IMG/VR virus record: IMGVR_UViG_3300033121_000954
Location: 63,037 to 127,036 of that record
Source: a virus
Taxonomy: Duplodnaviria > Caudoviricetes
Reading direction: 5' to 3' (one strand)
DNA: 64,000 nt
The notes beneath the pieces were generated by a model. That model was not told where the DNA came from and did not search any database. It was given only the letters and a program-made list of their open reading frames with translations. A program made the translations under genes and the position numbers. Position 1 is the first letter of the stretch, and the number at the start of each line of letters is the position of its first letter. Positions 20,108 through 30,900 of this stretch are shown one piece after another.

Positions 20108-20830
20108 TTAGTTTTTCCTCGGTGGATATTTATGCCAATTCAACGTCCCATTTTCCAGATAATCTTTATACATCATTTTCTGGATGGGCTTTAGTGCATT
20201 CACTACATCAGTAATCGTTTGCGTTTTTACGTTCACTTGCTCGCGGATTAAAATGTAGAGAGCCTTTTTGTTATAAATATCAATCACATCGCATTTTGCA
20301 AATAAATCAAAAATGGCGTTCAAAATTTGTTTATCTTTATTCCCAAACGGAGTTAATCTGTCTCCCCGATCAAAATAAAAATGGTCTAAATTTGAGTTTC
20401 CCCAAACAGACCATTTTTGACAAAAATCTCGCAAATCTTCTCTATAATCTTGCAATGTGATTTCGTTCATTATGTCACGTTGGGTATCCACCTCATCCAA
20501 TTGTGCCTTTTCAGTTGTCTCATCATTAACTCGTTTCATATTTGCAAATACCCAGTGGATTGCTACACGGTTGAAATAGGAAAACGCCTTGTATCCTTTG
20601 GATGGATCAAATTTTGACAATCGGTCGTGCAAATGAACAACGCAATCGTGCTTTATATTTGAATATTCTTCATCTCCGTAATTGTAAAATTTTCGGTTGT
20701 GAATGACATTTTCGGCAAGTTTATTTAATGCCGGATAGATTAAAGTATTGAACAATTGGGTTTTTTTGATTGCATCGTCGCAATTGATATATTCTACAAT
20801 TGCAGTTTCTTGTGGTTTTCCGAAGTACAT
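20108..20830 (-). CDS. Phage sigma factor (T4 gp55-like, sigma70 region 2)
   Basis: 'KFDPSKGYKAFSYF...A' region 2.3-type motif. Confidence 0.65.
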   Translation of the reverse strand: MYFGKPQETAIVEYINCDDAIKKTQLFNTLIYPALNKLAENVIHNRKFYNYGDEEYSNIKHDCVVHLHDRLSKFDPSKGYKAFSYFNRVAIHWVFANMKRVNDETTEKAQLDEVDTQRDIMNEITLQDYREDLRDFCQKWSVWGNSNLDHFYFDRGDRLTPFGNKDKQILNAIFDLFAKCDVIDIYNKKALYILIREQVNVKTQTITDVVNALKPIQKMMYKDYLENGTLNWHKYPPRKN

Positions 20831-20876
20831 AGAGTGGATTAAAAATAAAATTAAATGGTTTGTTGGAAGATATTAC

Positions 20877-21215
20877 TCACGTTCCATATTTTTGTTTTAA
20901 TTGTTCAAATTGTTCTTGTTCATCTTGAATTTTCATTTGCTCAATTTTAATTTTGACATCTTCAATCGCTTTTATTATCACCCGAAATGCAAATCCAACC
21001 TCGTCATCACTGCTAAATGAGCCACGAGTGTCTATATCTTTCAATTCGGAATGACATTTTATGAACATTGTCAAAAAATATTGATAGTAATTTTCAAATT
21101 CGTCTTCAACCTTCGTCGCTTCAAGCAAATACTGCTCAAGTTGTTGGACTTGATTGTAAAGATTGTAGATGAAGAATCCAGTGATTGCCAGACAAATTAA
21201 AAGTAAAATTATCAT
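20877..21215 (-). CDS. Membrane-anchored hypothetical protein
   Basis: N-terminal TM segment followed by coiled coil; 'D.RGSF.SDDEVG'. Confidence 0.6.
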   Translation of the reverse strand: MIILLLICLAITGFFIYNLYNQVQQLEQYLLEATKVEDEFENYYQYFLTMFIKCHSELKDIDTRGSFSSDDEVGFAFRVIIKAIEDVKIKIEQMKIQDEQEQFEQLKQKYGT

Positions 21216-21405
21216 TCGTGATTCGGTAATTTAATTCCAGTTATTGAGCCTTTATGCACATTTTTAGTCATATGCAATTGTGGATGGGAAGGAATGTTTG
21301 TAACTGCCTCTTTTGCTGCAACTTCCAAACATTTATGTGCATAGTATTCTGCGTATTCCTTCATTGCATCCAACACATTATTATTTTTTTTGAGTATTTC
21401 TTCCA

Positions 21406-22167
21406 TCATTTCTTAAAAATTGCATCAAATGCTTGGTTGTGATCGGCATTTGTTGCATCAATAATTGTAGGTTTTTTAATTTCGGGTTGACTAATTTTTT
21501 CATTGTAGAACTGAAAACTTGCATTCGCAGTTGCCCAACGTTCAAACTCAAATCTTGCAGCCATAAAATCCGCGTTGTGTAGAATTTGATTTATGTTTGT
21601 TCTGGATTTTGAATCCAACGATTTGCTAAAATAATATGCTTCGTTTGCTCGGTCGTAAACCCCATCATGGGTTCTAATTGCCAATTGTTCCTGCCAACTG
21701 CATCTAATCCCATAATGTTGTAACAAAAACAGACTGGTATCTGGAACAAGTGTAAATGGTTGGGATGAATCGTGACTATACATTTTCCCCTGATTTTCAC
21801 GATGCCATTTTGATGTGTTGGCTGGATATGGCGTAAATCCCGGAAGTCCCACCTTTCCCAAATCATGGTGAGTTGCAGCAAATAATAGTTCTTCCAATGT
21901 AAAATTATCAACCTTCAGTCCAGCATCTTTCCAGTGCATATATTCGCGTTTTGAAAATTTAATCACTCTCAAAACATGATCAACATACCCACCAGCAAAT
22001 GCGTTGTGGTAATGATCAACTGAACTTGCGGGCATAGTCACAAGTTTTTCTTCCAAATCATCATACATTGAATTTAATTCCGATTGACGGGATGGAAATG
22101 CAGTATTGACGAATTTCCGAAATGTTGCCCAGTTTTGAGCAATTTGTTCTGCTGTTAATTCTATCAT
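21406..22167 (-). CDS. HD-domain hydrolase
   Basis: 'PASS..YH.AF.GG...H', 'HHDLGK', 'AI..HDG', 'LH.AD'. Confidence 0.85.
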   Translation of the reverse strand: MIELTAEQIAQNWATFRKFVNTAFPSRQSELNSMYDDLEEKLVTMPASSVDHYHNAFAGGYVDHVLRVIKFSKREYMHWKDAGLKVDNFTLEELLFAATHHDLGKVGLPGFTPYPANTSKWHRENQGKMYSHDSSQPFTLVPDTSLFLLQHYGIRCSWQEQLAIRTHDGVYDRANEAYYFSKSLDSKSRTNINQILHNADFMAARFEFERWATANASFQFYNEKISQPEIKKPTIIDATNADHNQAFDAIFKK

Positions 22168-22186
22168 TGTTTTGTGTTTTTAAGTA

Positions 22187-22447
22187 TCACCATCCTTCTT
22201 CAATTTTTAAATACGTCGATTGCATTTTACCAATTTCTCCAAAATCACCAGATTCAAGAATTTCTACAATAATTTTAGAATCAACCTTTGCATATTGTAA
22301 GATTTTTCTAACATGATGTAAAATAATTTCTGGAGATACTTCGTGGTAATTGGGGTCATATTTATGGACACATTCAGAAAGTAATAGATCAATTTCTGAA
22401 GAAACTGAATTTACAATTTTTTGCCTTTCAGTTAGTACCTTTTTCAT
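22187..22447 (-). CDS. Hypothetical protein
   Basis: Co-oriented ORF. Confidence 0.5.
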   Translation of the reverse strand: MKKVLTERQKIVNSVSSEIDLLLSECVHKYDPNYHEVSPEIILHHVRKILQYAKVDSKIIVEILESGDFGEIGKMQSTYLKIEEGW

Positions 22448-22450
22448 ATT

Positions 22451-22972
22451 TTAAAGTTGTTCAAGTTTAATTCCAAAACTGGACATATCTGTTATATCAA
22501 GCAAAGTGCCTTCCTCAAGTTTGTGATAAGTGGAAATGAACAATTGCATAAATTTCTGCATAATATCTTTGTTGTTCATCATTTGTTGCAATCCATCATG
22601 TAACTTCGCTTTTGAATAAATCAATTTCAAATTAGAAGCAACTTTTATAACTGGAAAACTAAAAAGCAATTTGATAAAATCAAAATGAACATATCCACGA
22701 ACTGCTATACTAAGTGGATTTTCAAGTGTCTGTAAATAGTCAATAAACAGATTTACATCTTGACATTTAAGTTCACGACCACATACAAAGTAAATGGTCA
22801 ATTCCTGTTCAATTGAACGTGATTCGAGTTCGTATCTGACTGAATTTATCATTTCCAACAACGTGTTTGGTTTAGAAAGATCAACGTCAATCAGGATTGG
22901 TCTTGTGGTGTTATTGAGTGGTTCGTTGGGAATGGTTGGACGTTCTCCGTATAAATTAAATTCTGGGTTCAT
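22451..22972 (-). CDS. Hypothetical protein
   Basis: Co-oriented ORF. Confidence 0.5.
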   Translation of the reverse strand: MNPEFNLYGERPTIPNEPLNNTTRPILIDVDLSKPNTLLEMINSVRYELESRSIEQELTIYFVCGRELKCQDVNLFIDYLQTLENPLSIAVRGYVHFDFIKLLFSFPVIKVASNLKLIYSKAKLHDGLQQMMNNKDIMQKFMQLFISTYHKLEEGTLLDITDMSSFGIKLEQL

Positions 22973-23036
22973 ATTTCATTTCGTTTGTACCACTCGTTAA
23001 TTTCTTGGTGGGACATTATTTTGATTTGTGACGGGC

Positions 23037-24137
23037 TTAGACTTTTTTTTTGTTCTTCAACGACTGCTCTAAATGAGTGGCTATGTCGCTGGTTAAATTA
23101 GTATCTACAATCTTTCTTGCTCTTGGCTTACGAGGCTTTTTTTGCGTCTCTAAGGCGACTTCTACTGTGGATGGTGTACTTGCTTCACTCACTTCAGTTA
23201 AATCGCTTACAAGTGAAATTTCAGCGTCTGGTGGGGTTTCTACAACGGGCGTTCGTCTTGTATATTTTCGTTTGGGTTTCACTACTGGTAAAACCGTGTC
23301 TGGAACTGGAACTTCTATGGGTGCAAGCGGTTCAACTGGAGTTTCAGTTTTTTGTTCAATTGAAAACAGCCATAACAAAATCAGTGCAATTGCAAGTGGA
23401 TCAAATACGACCATCAACAAAATCAAAAACCAGTTTACAATTTGATCCATTGGTTTACCTGTTAGATTGGAAAGGTATTTCAGTGGACCAAGTTCACTTA
23501 CATTTTCTTTACTTTCCATTTCTATAATTGCAATATCATAAGTGGAAATTGAATCGTTCAAATTTTCAATTTTTGAAAACAATTGATCACTTTGATTTGT
23601 GGAAAGATTCAGTTGGTCATTTACAGATTTTTTACTGGTTGTTTGTATTTGAGTTAAAACTTGTCCAGTCCTCTTATCAATCGTCTGATACTGGTTATCA
23701 GTGGAGATTGAAGTCCTTAAATCTGAAATTGATTTTACAACTTGTTCTCGTTCAGTTTTTAATTCCAACATCTGAGTTTGGAATCTATCACGTTTAACTT
23801 TTAGCAAGTTAAGTTTGGATTGGACTATTTTATCCTTGTCCGCAGTTTGTTGATAAGCATCTGATAGAAATCCGTAAATTCCACTGGAAGTTATCATAAC
23901 TAAAATCAAAACAGCAAAAATTAGATAATTTCTTAAAATTGCATTCAATGTTCCCCAATACTGGTGGAGTGATCCGGCAATGATTAGTTTAGATAATTCC
24001 AAACTACCAGCCATTACGATTACTGCAATTGAAGCACCACTAAACAATTTAGAAAGACCATAGACTGAATAAAATCCAGCACTTGCAGAAACTAAAATTC
24101 CAGCAATTAAAATAAGATTAGAGAATTTTTTCAGCAT
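23037..24137 (-). CDS. Multi-pass membrane protein with coiled coil (DUF4407-like)
   Basis: Three N-terminal TMs, 'SSGIYGFLS', 'ELGPLKY', 'VFDPLAI' and a low-complexity tail. Confidence 0.7.
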   Translation of the reverse strand: MLKKFSNLILIAGILVSASAGFYSVYGLSKLFSGASIAVIVMAGSLELSKLIIAGSLHQYWGTLNAILRNYLIFAVLILVMITSSGIYGFLSDAYQQTADKDKIVQSKLNLLKVKRDRFQTQMLELKTEREQVVKSISDLRTSISTDNQYQTIDKRTGQVLTQIQTTSKKSVNDQLNLSTNQSDQLFSKIENLNDSISTYDIAIIEMESKENVSELGPLKYLSNLTGKPMDQIVNWFLILLMVVFDPLAIALILLWLFSIEQKTETPVEPLAPIEVPVPDTVLPVVKPKRKYTRRTPVVETPPDAEISLVSDLTEVSEASTPSTVEVALETQKKPRKPRARKIVDTNLTSDIATHLEQSLKNKKKV

Positions 24138-24272
24138 ATTTGGGTAATATTATTACAACGTTGGTGCCAGTTGCACTGACACGCAATTGCTAATCGCAAT
24201 TCGCAGTATTTTTTTTTATTAAAGCCGCTTCGCTTGTTTTTTTAAAATTTATTAATATTGATTAATAGAATG

Positions 24273-24314
24273 CAAAGTTACGAAAAATTTTTGATAAAGT
24301 CAATAGCATTAACA
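24273..24314 (-). promoter_or_regulatory. Bacteroidetes sigma-A-type promoter
   Basis: TTGA...TAACTTTG and upstream TGTTAA. Confidence 0.6.
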
Positions 24315-24335
24315 AAACTTTAACACTCTATTACG

Positions 24336-24375
24336 AAAATATCCACCAAAACACTGAAGTCTGGTGGATATTTTT
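24336..24375. terminator. Intrinsic terminator hairpin (possibly bidirectional)
   Basis: AAAATATCCACCA...TGGTGGATATTTT inverted repeat with T-runs. Confidence 0.7.
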
Positions 24376-24788
24376 TTAAAAAAACTAAAATCTTGCGATT
24401 ATTCCAAAGTTTTGGTCAACAAAAAATTTACATTCCCCGCGATCTTGATTTAAAAATTTGAGTTGTTCACCTTTCCAATTATATGGGTCTGCGTATATTC
24501 CTGCAAACGCATTTCTATTCAAATGATTTATATCCAAAACCAAATGGGAGATTGTATAAAGTTTTCCATTTCCCTTATGTCTGTATATATTCATTTTACC
24601 AATGTTTAACGTTTTGTTTATCAACCCAAACAAAATATGCTGGGCTGGATGGGAAATATATTCTGACTTGAATAATGCCAGATTTAATGCGAGTTTCTGG
24701 CTGCAAGTATCCATCGCACCAACTTCTAACAGGTCTGCGAGGATTGAGAAAATGTACTGGTGTGTCTTTGAAAATACAATCCATGTAA

Positions 24789-25250
24789 TTACGACACAAT
24801 AACTTTAGAAAATGTGTTTATTTTCAATCCTGCGTCGGCGTACAATTTGTACTTTTGATCATACAATTTTTTAATTTGTATATTTGTGTCGTTTATTTTC
24901 TTAAAAATTATTTCCAACTCTTTAAATTCCGGAGTTGTCTCGATGCTTTTTGGATAAAGTTTTTTTCGGTTGTAATGAGACGTATCTGTATTGTCATTAA
25001 AAAATAATCTATTACCTACCCTGCTCGTTACTTTCAGTGGTAGAAGTATCGATTCCTGAATATCGTAATATTCGTTTCCATCAACCACCCTTCCGTCATA
25101 GTTATCAATTGCAGATTCAACAGACTGCAATTTAAATGATCCGAAGGTTTTGTTCTTATAATCATTAGTATTTGCAATGACATCGCAGTAAAATTCACCA
25201 TTCTGCGAAACAAATATTTTTACTCCATTGTATTCTTTTACTAAACTCAT
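24789..25250 (-). CDS. Hypothetical protein
   Basis: Co-oriented ORF. Confidence 0.55.
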   Translation of the reverse strand: MSLVKEYNGVKIFVSQNGEFYCDVIANTNDYKNKTFGSFKLQSVESAIDNYDGRVVDGNEYYDIQESILLPLKVTSRVGNRLFFNDNTDTSHYNRKKLYPKSIETTPEFKELEIIFKKINDTNIQIKKLYDQKYKLYADAGLKINTFSKVIVS

Positions 25251-25266
25251 TTTTTATTTGTTTAAA

Positions 25267-25602
25267 TTATGAACGTTTATGTTTTATATTTCCGAACATT
25301 GTGGACACCGATCCACCTACTGTTTCGCAATCCACATCTCCAGACATTGTGGAAATTGATCCAGTCACATTTCCGCATTCAACATCACCCGATAATGTTT
25401 TTATCTGCCCGACGGTTCCGTTTACTTTAATTTTTGAACAAGAATCCGCGCAGATGCTGTCCACATTCCCAGTGACTTCAATATTGAAAGTCTTTTGATC
25501 TGGTAATTGTGAAGTAATATCAGCACCATCAATAATTACGCGGTTGTTTGAAATGGTCACACTGCGACCGTTAAACGTTTGATTTCCAATGATTATTGCC
25601 AT
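25267..25602 (-). CDS. Beta-helix repeat protein (DUF4097-like)
   Basis: Repeats 'G.I.T.SGDV.C'. Confidence 0.65.
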   Translation of the reverse strand: MAIIIGNQTFNGRSVTISNNRVIIDGADITSQLPDQKTFNIEVTGNVDSICADSCSKIKVNGTVGQIKTLSGDVECGNVTGSISTMSGDVDCETVGGSVSTMFGNIKHKRS

Positions 25603-25773
25603 GTTTTTAAGTTTAATTTATAAGTCGCTTTCTCTGATAGTATATCAAAATGGTTAAGCACGAGATCAATATCAGAGAGTTTCTAAACGGATTGTCGTAC
25701 TCCTGCTTAATCAATGCGTTGCCAACCAAAAAGGTCAGCAGCGTGATGTAGATGCCTGTTAAGTGTTTCATAT

Positions 25774-26151
25774 TTACCATCGCCTGCGACTGGTGACATA
25801 ATATTTTTTGTCGGGTGTCTGTGTGGGAGTAGCCAGCCTACGGATATGGTAAAACTCAAACCCGATTTTATTTAATTCTTCGGTAGTCAGAATCTGTCCT
25901 TCTGGCAATCTTCCCATAATTTTTAAGGCGATTGCTTCATCGCCTTCCGCCATTGTTGCTGGAATGCGGTTTACTTCCACCCCCACCGCAAATAGTGAGT
26001 TAAATGCGTCTGCTGTGGCTTGATGCCCAATCGCTGATGTAAAATTGTTTGAAAACCGTCGCAAAATTTGCCGAACTTCGGCCTCTGTTACTTTGCGATT
26101 GGTAAAAGTGCCCTCGTTGGGCATAATTGTGGTGTTGAATAGGTATAGCAT
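25774..26151 (-). CDS. DUF1874 (STIV B116-like) protein
   Basis: 'LY.FN...FTSAIGHQATA...NRI...GRLPEGQIL' signature. Confidence 0.7.
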   Translation of the reverse strand: MLYLFNTTIMPNEGTFTNRKVTEAEVRQILRRFSNNFTSAIGHQATADAFNSLFAVGVEVNRIPATMAEGDEAIALKIMGRLPEGQILTTEELNKIGFEFYHIRRLATPTQTPDKKYYVTSRRRW

Positions 26152-26165
26152 GTTACTCTTGTGTT

Positions 26166-26600
26166 TTAAAATGCTGGTTGATATGTATCGCTATCACTCT
26201 CCCACGAAAAATCGCGAACGTTGTCAAAGCCGTCAGACAACCATTGGATGACATCCTGTATTGTCTTTTCATTATCTCCGGTCCATTGACTGTGTTGGTG
26301 GAGACCATCTGTATCCACAAAACAGAATGTGGTTGTTGGGTATTCCTTTTTGCCACGAATTGTGACACAAATTTCCCAATCAGAACTCAGAAACCTATTT
26401 AATGCGTCAAAATAGGTTTCACTGTCATCACGCTCCTGTTCCACGTATTCCGAAAAATCCCATCCGCTATCGTATGCGGCTGTGATGGGGATTGTGATAT
26501 GGAAGTCTAAATCGGTCACTTCTGGGTTGAAATATTTTTGAAAATGACTATCCGCATATTGTACCCCAACTTTGAGGGGGTAGGTTTGCGTATAACTCAT
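26166..26600 (-). CDS. Hypothetical protein (full-length paralog of 33404..33700)
   Basis: Near-identical core FQKYFNPEVTDLDFHITIP...QWTGDNEKT. Confidence 0.65.
   Translation of the reverse strand: MSYTQTYPLKVGVQYADSHFQKYFNPEVTDLDFHITIPITAAYDSGWDFSEYVEQERDDSETYFDALNRFLSSDWEICVTIRGKKEYPTTTFCFVDTDGLHQHSQWTGDNEKTIQDVIQWLSDGFDNVRDFSWESDSDTYQPAF
26261..26545. repeat. 285-bp imperfect direct repeat, copy 1 (copy 2 at 33412..33696)
   Basis: Colinear, gap-free alignment at a constant offset of 7151 bp. Confidence 0.9.
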
Positions 26601-26694
26601 TGATTGTTAGTTGATTAAAAAATTATGAGCAATTTTGTTTGGGTTTTGTAGGTTTGTCCACCTTTAATTATGAAGGTTACTAATTTTCAATATT

Positions 26695-26958
26695 ATGGTC
26701 ACATTCACTGATAAGATTATCTACCTACCCACCAATGGCTCAGAATCAGCAGAAAATCAATATCGTAACGATAAGGCTTCTACTCGGATAGGAGGTCTTA
26801 GAAAAAAGTACGAGGTAATAGTTCCGCAAGAACTCCAAACCAGATTCATATTAGACGGTAGGGTAAGGAAAGATTCTTCAATAGAAGAATTGGTTATTAC
26901 CCCGATGGAGAATGTAAGCGACGAACTTTGGGCTAAACTTCAATTTATTTTACCTTAA
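26695..26958 (+). CDS. Hypothetical protein (island, counter-oriented)
   Basis: ATG-started ORF on + inside the island. Confidence 0.45.
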   Translation: MVTFTDKIIYLPTNGSESAENQYRNDKASTRIGGLRKKYEVIVPQELQTRFILDGRVRKDSSIEELVITPMENVSDELWAKLQFILP

Positions 26959-27185
26959 TCTTTTCTTCATTTTTCAAGAAATATTCTCTAACTCTAAGTG
27001 ACCCTAAAGGTTTTGTGGAAGGTTCAATCTCCCACATTAAATCATTGTGGAATTCTTTGTCTTCATCAGTCATTTCAGATACTAATTCGGGTCCAAGCCA
27101 ATCTAAGAATCTTACTGTAAATTTTTTAGGCTTTTCCATTTCTTTCCTTTTTTCCCATAACTATCCTCCCCACCCAAATTTACTC

Positions 27186-27923
27186 TTACCCCTTAATTGT
27201 AGATAAATACTCCTGCACAACCTTCTTGATCTTTGGGTAATTTGCACTTTTTGTATTTGCACCTTCATTAAGGTAAAGTTTTCTGTTAACTTCAAGCATG
27301 ATGCTTTCAACCTTTTGATTCTTTTGGTAATGCTCCATCGGTACTAACGAACCCGAATATGGATAGTCCACGCCCAATGAGTAACCCTGATCTTTAAAGA
27401 ATTGGACGGAGATAAATACCAGATTCTCCGGCGTATGGAACTTGTCAGTCCCTATATTAAAATCAGGTCTTACAGGATTTTGGTCTAAATCTCGCATAAA
27501 TGGTACATCGGAGTAAGAATGGCAATCTACAATCAACGCTTTGTCAGATTGCATCAGGGACTCGTTGACCGCTTTACTGAGTCTTTGATGATGTGGCCAG
27601 TAATATTGAGCAAGACACTGTGAACGCATCTCATCTGTCACCCTTCGCATATCTTCCCCTGTATCAGTTTTAGTGTATAGCACACCCATTCCTAATTTTG
27701 CCATAACTTCTTGTTCATCGTCGCTGAAACGCTCAACATCACAAAATATCCTTGAAAATTCCGCACGGATGGTAACATCATTGGAGGATTTAAATAAGTC
27801 GTCTGTGTGCCAATCCGTCAACTTCAAAATTTCCTGTTCTAACCTTTCCCCGCCAAAACAGTATCCCTCATAACTGGGGATAAGAGTTGATGAGTGCGGT
27901 ATGTGCAGGATCAGTTGTTTCAT
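27186..27923 (-). CDS. N-formylglutamate amidohydrolase family protein
   Basis: 'LHIPHSS', 'TDWHTD', 'SRIFCDVER', 'IVDCHS', 'IMLEVNR'. Confidence 0.85.
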   Translation of the reverse strand: MKQLILHIPHSSTLIPSYEGYCFGGERLEQEILKLTDWHTDDLFKSSNDVTIRAEFSRIFCDVERFSDDEQEVMAKLGMGVLYTKTDTGEDMRRVTDEMRSQCLAQYYWPHHQRLSKAVNESLMQSDKALIVDCHSYSDVPFMRDLDQNPVRPDFNIGTDKFHTPENLVFISVQFFKDQGYSLGVDYPYSGSLVPMEHYQKNQKVESIMLEVNRKLYLNEGANTKSANYPKIKKVVQEYLSTIKG

Positions 27924-27945
27924 TAGATTGCTTATTGATGTATTT

Positions 27946-30900
27946 TCAATGTTGACCTTCCACAATTTTGATTTCTTCGGGTGTCAGTTCGTATAGTTGG
28001 TAAACAAGTTGGTCAATTTGTTGATTAGTTTGTTTTATTTCGGTTTGGAGGCCATTTGCAATTCGCTTTTGCTCGTTGAAGTATTGCATCCACTCTGCCT
28101 CTTCGGAAAGCCTCAACTGAATTTTAATTTTCTTCAACTCTAATAGAAAATCCTTGAACTTCAACTCATACCAGTTTTGCAGATTTTTACTGAGTTTCTC
28201 AATAGCAAATTTTGATTGTAATAAATTCAAAAAGTGATATTGAACTTTTTGGAGTGCAGTAATTGAAAACATAATTTCTTCGGCCTTTTCTATAAATGGC
28301 TTTTGTTCATTCACCGAAACCAACGGAATGGGAAATGGTTCAAGATATTTTGTTTTATATCTGAAGTAACCACCCCTGAGTATGGTTCCTGTACATTTTA
28401 AGAAGAACCACATTACCTCTGAATTCAAAACAGTCAGTAGATAACGTTCATCTCCATGAACATTTGCCTTTTTTATTAGCGTATAGACCTGAGTATTATG
28501 AAAATAACCATTTTCATCTATCGTCATATTCGTACCGAAGGAAGTCTCAGGAGTAACAATTTTTTTGCTTTTAAACAATGATATTTCCCGTGACCGATGA
28601 AGGCTGTACCAATATTTTGGATTGGTTTTATACCGCACCTTCTTTTCGATCAATTCCTCTTTATAAGGCAAAAAATAACTGTATGTTAAAGGAAATTGTT
28701 GTTTAAAAACCTCTTCTTCATAAGGTAGCGTTTTACCGTCTTTTTCATAATGAGGATATATCACAAAATCACTTGACCCCAATGGTCCGTACTTCTTCAC
28801 ATCCTCTCCTTTTAGTAGGGGCTTCATTAAAGATGCTTCCAGCATAACTTCTTCACCCGTTTTTTCTGAAAACCCGATAAACTTATTACCATCTAATCTC
28901 CCTTTCAGATAGAAAATATCATCACCAACAGAAACCACTCCTTGACTGATCCATTCAAATATATCCTTTACGGTATATTTTTGCTTCTTGATCTTGTCCA
29001 TTACACCCAACACATCAACGCTATGTAAATTCCATTTCGCATTCGTTAATAGAGCAGCATCCATCTCACGGAACTCAAACAGGCTAAAAAGGTCTTGAGG
29101 CTTCATTCCTCTGAATAAAACCTTTTGATTATTCATAGATAGTGTAATGATACATGTATATGTTGAAGCATCGGCAAACACCATTTCTGAACCAAAATGA
29201 ATTACAGATTCAACAGATTTATTCTCTGATAGGTATGCTCTTATTCCTTCCCCGAAATCACTGACCATGAACTTGTGAGGTAAAATAAACCCTACTTTTC
29301 CGAAACCAGAAATCAACTTAAAAGAACGTTCCATAAAAAGAACATAGATGTCAAACCTACCTGTGGCGCTTTGAAATACATTTTCATAATATTTGGATTC
29401 TATTTCAAAATTCGCCCTCAATCCTTGTACTCTAAGATATGGAGGATTACCAATAACCACATCAAACCCACCTTTTGCAAAAACCTCTGGAAATTCATTT
29501 TCCCAGTCAAATGCTTTGTCTCCTGCTACTGTTTTATCGGCAATGAGCGAGTTGCCACATTTGATATTGTTGTTTAGAGAGGTGAGTTTTCTCCCTTTTT
29601 GCGCAGTCCTAAGCCAAAGTGAAAGTTTAGCGATTTCTATGGATTCCTCATTTATATCTACTCCAAAAAGGTTGTTTTCAAGGATTGAATTTTCAACGTT
29701 CTGGAATACGAATCCATCACCAAATAACTTCGCTTGCAATTCATCAACGTATCTATGCTCTAATACTAAAAACTCAAGTGCTTGGTTTAAAAATGCGCCG
29801 CTACCGCAAGCGGGGTCACAGATTGTAACCTCTAACAACCAATTCCGATACTGTTCTAATTTGTTTTGCAGGACTTTAACCTTCGCCTTGTTTTGTTTAC
29901 CTGTTCTTTCCTGTTCATACTCTTCTTCGTTTATTCCTAACTCTAATTTCTTATTCTTGCAAAGGCTTCCAACAGTGTTATCAACTATGTACTTGGTAAT
30001 ATATTTGGGCGTGTAAAAAACACCATCCTTTTTTCGTTTTGTCTTGTCTTTATCAACTACCTGCCCTTCTAACTCAGCCTGTATTTCTTCAATCTCGCTC
30101 AAAGAATGTTCAAATATATGGCCAAGTATATTAACGCTAACTTCGCTTTCAAAGTCATAATTACTAATATTTAAAGTATGTTTATAGAGTAGGGTGTCAT
30201 CTATCTTAATATTATCCAGAATTTCATCTGGCAAAAACAAACCTCCATTATAAGCAAAAATATCATGCTTTTTCCCTTTGAAGCCTGTATTCAGGTAACC
30301 AAAATATTTAATAAATCGGCTATAAAGAGGTTGATACTCGTCATATTGATCTCTTAAATCTGTCCATTGATTGACAATTTCCCTAATTGAATTTGGCGGC
30401 AACAACAACCTGTCTTCTGCAAAAAAGACAAATAAGAACCTGTCAAGAAGTTTTTGGGTTTTATTGAATAAAGTCAGTTTGTCATACTGAGGATTGTTCT
30501 TTACTATATCTGTGAAAATATCATTCCTAAATGCTGAATAATCCTTGTATAGTTTATTGGTAACAGTTTCTTCTACGGCAAGAGATTCTTCCTTAATTTG
30601 CTTTGGGATGCCTTGAAATACACAGTTTTTTGACAAGCATAACCAAAGGAGGTTAAATTCGTCTTGGGTCAACTGAAACAGGTTGAAATCTTCAAAATCA
30701 ACAGAATTGTCAATGTAAAACCTCAATTTTTCAAAATTGGAAGTTATTATATAAACAGCATCAGGTTGGTTGTTCTTGTACCCAAATGCCTGTGTCTCAA
30801 TCTTGCTCAAATTGGTTGTATCTGTTCCTTTCAACTCAATTACGGCAATGATTTTACCGTCTTTGATTATTGCGCCATCAGCACTTTTTGCGTCTTTGAT

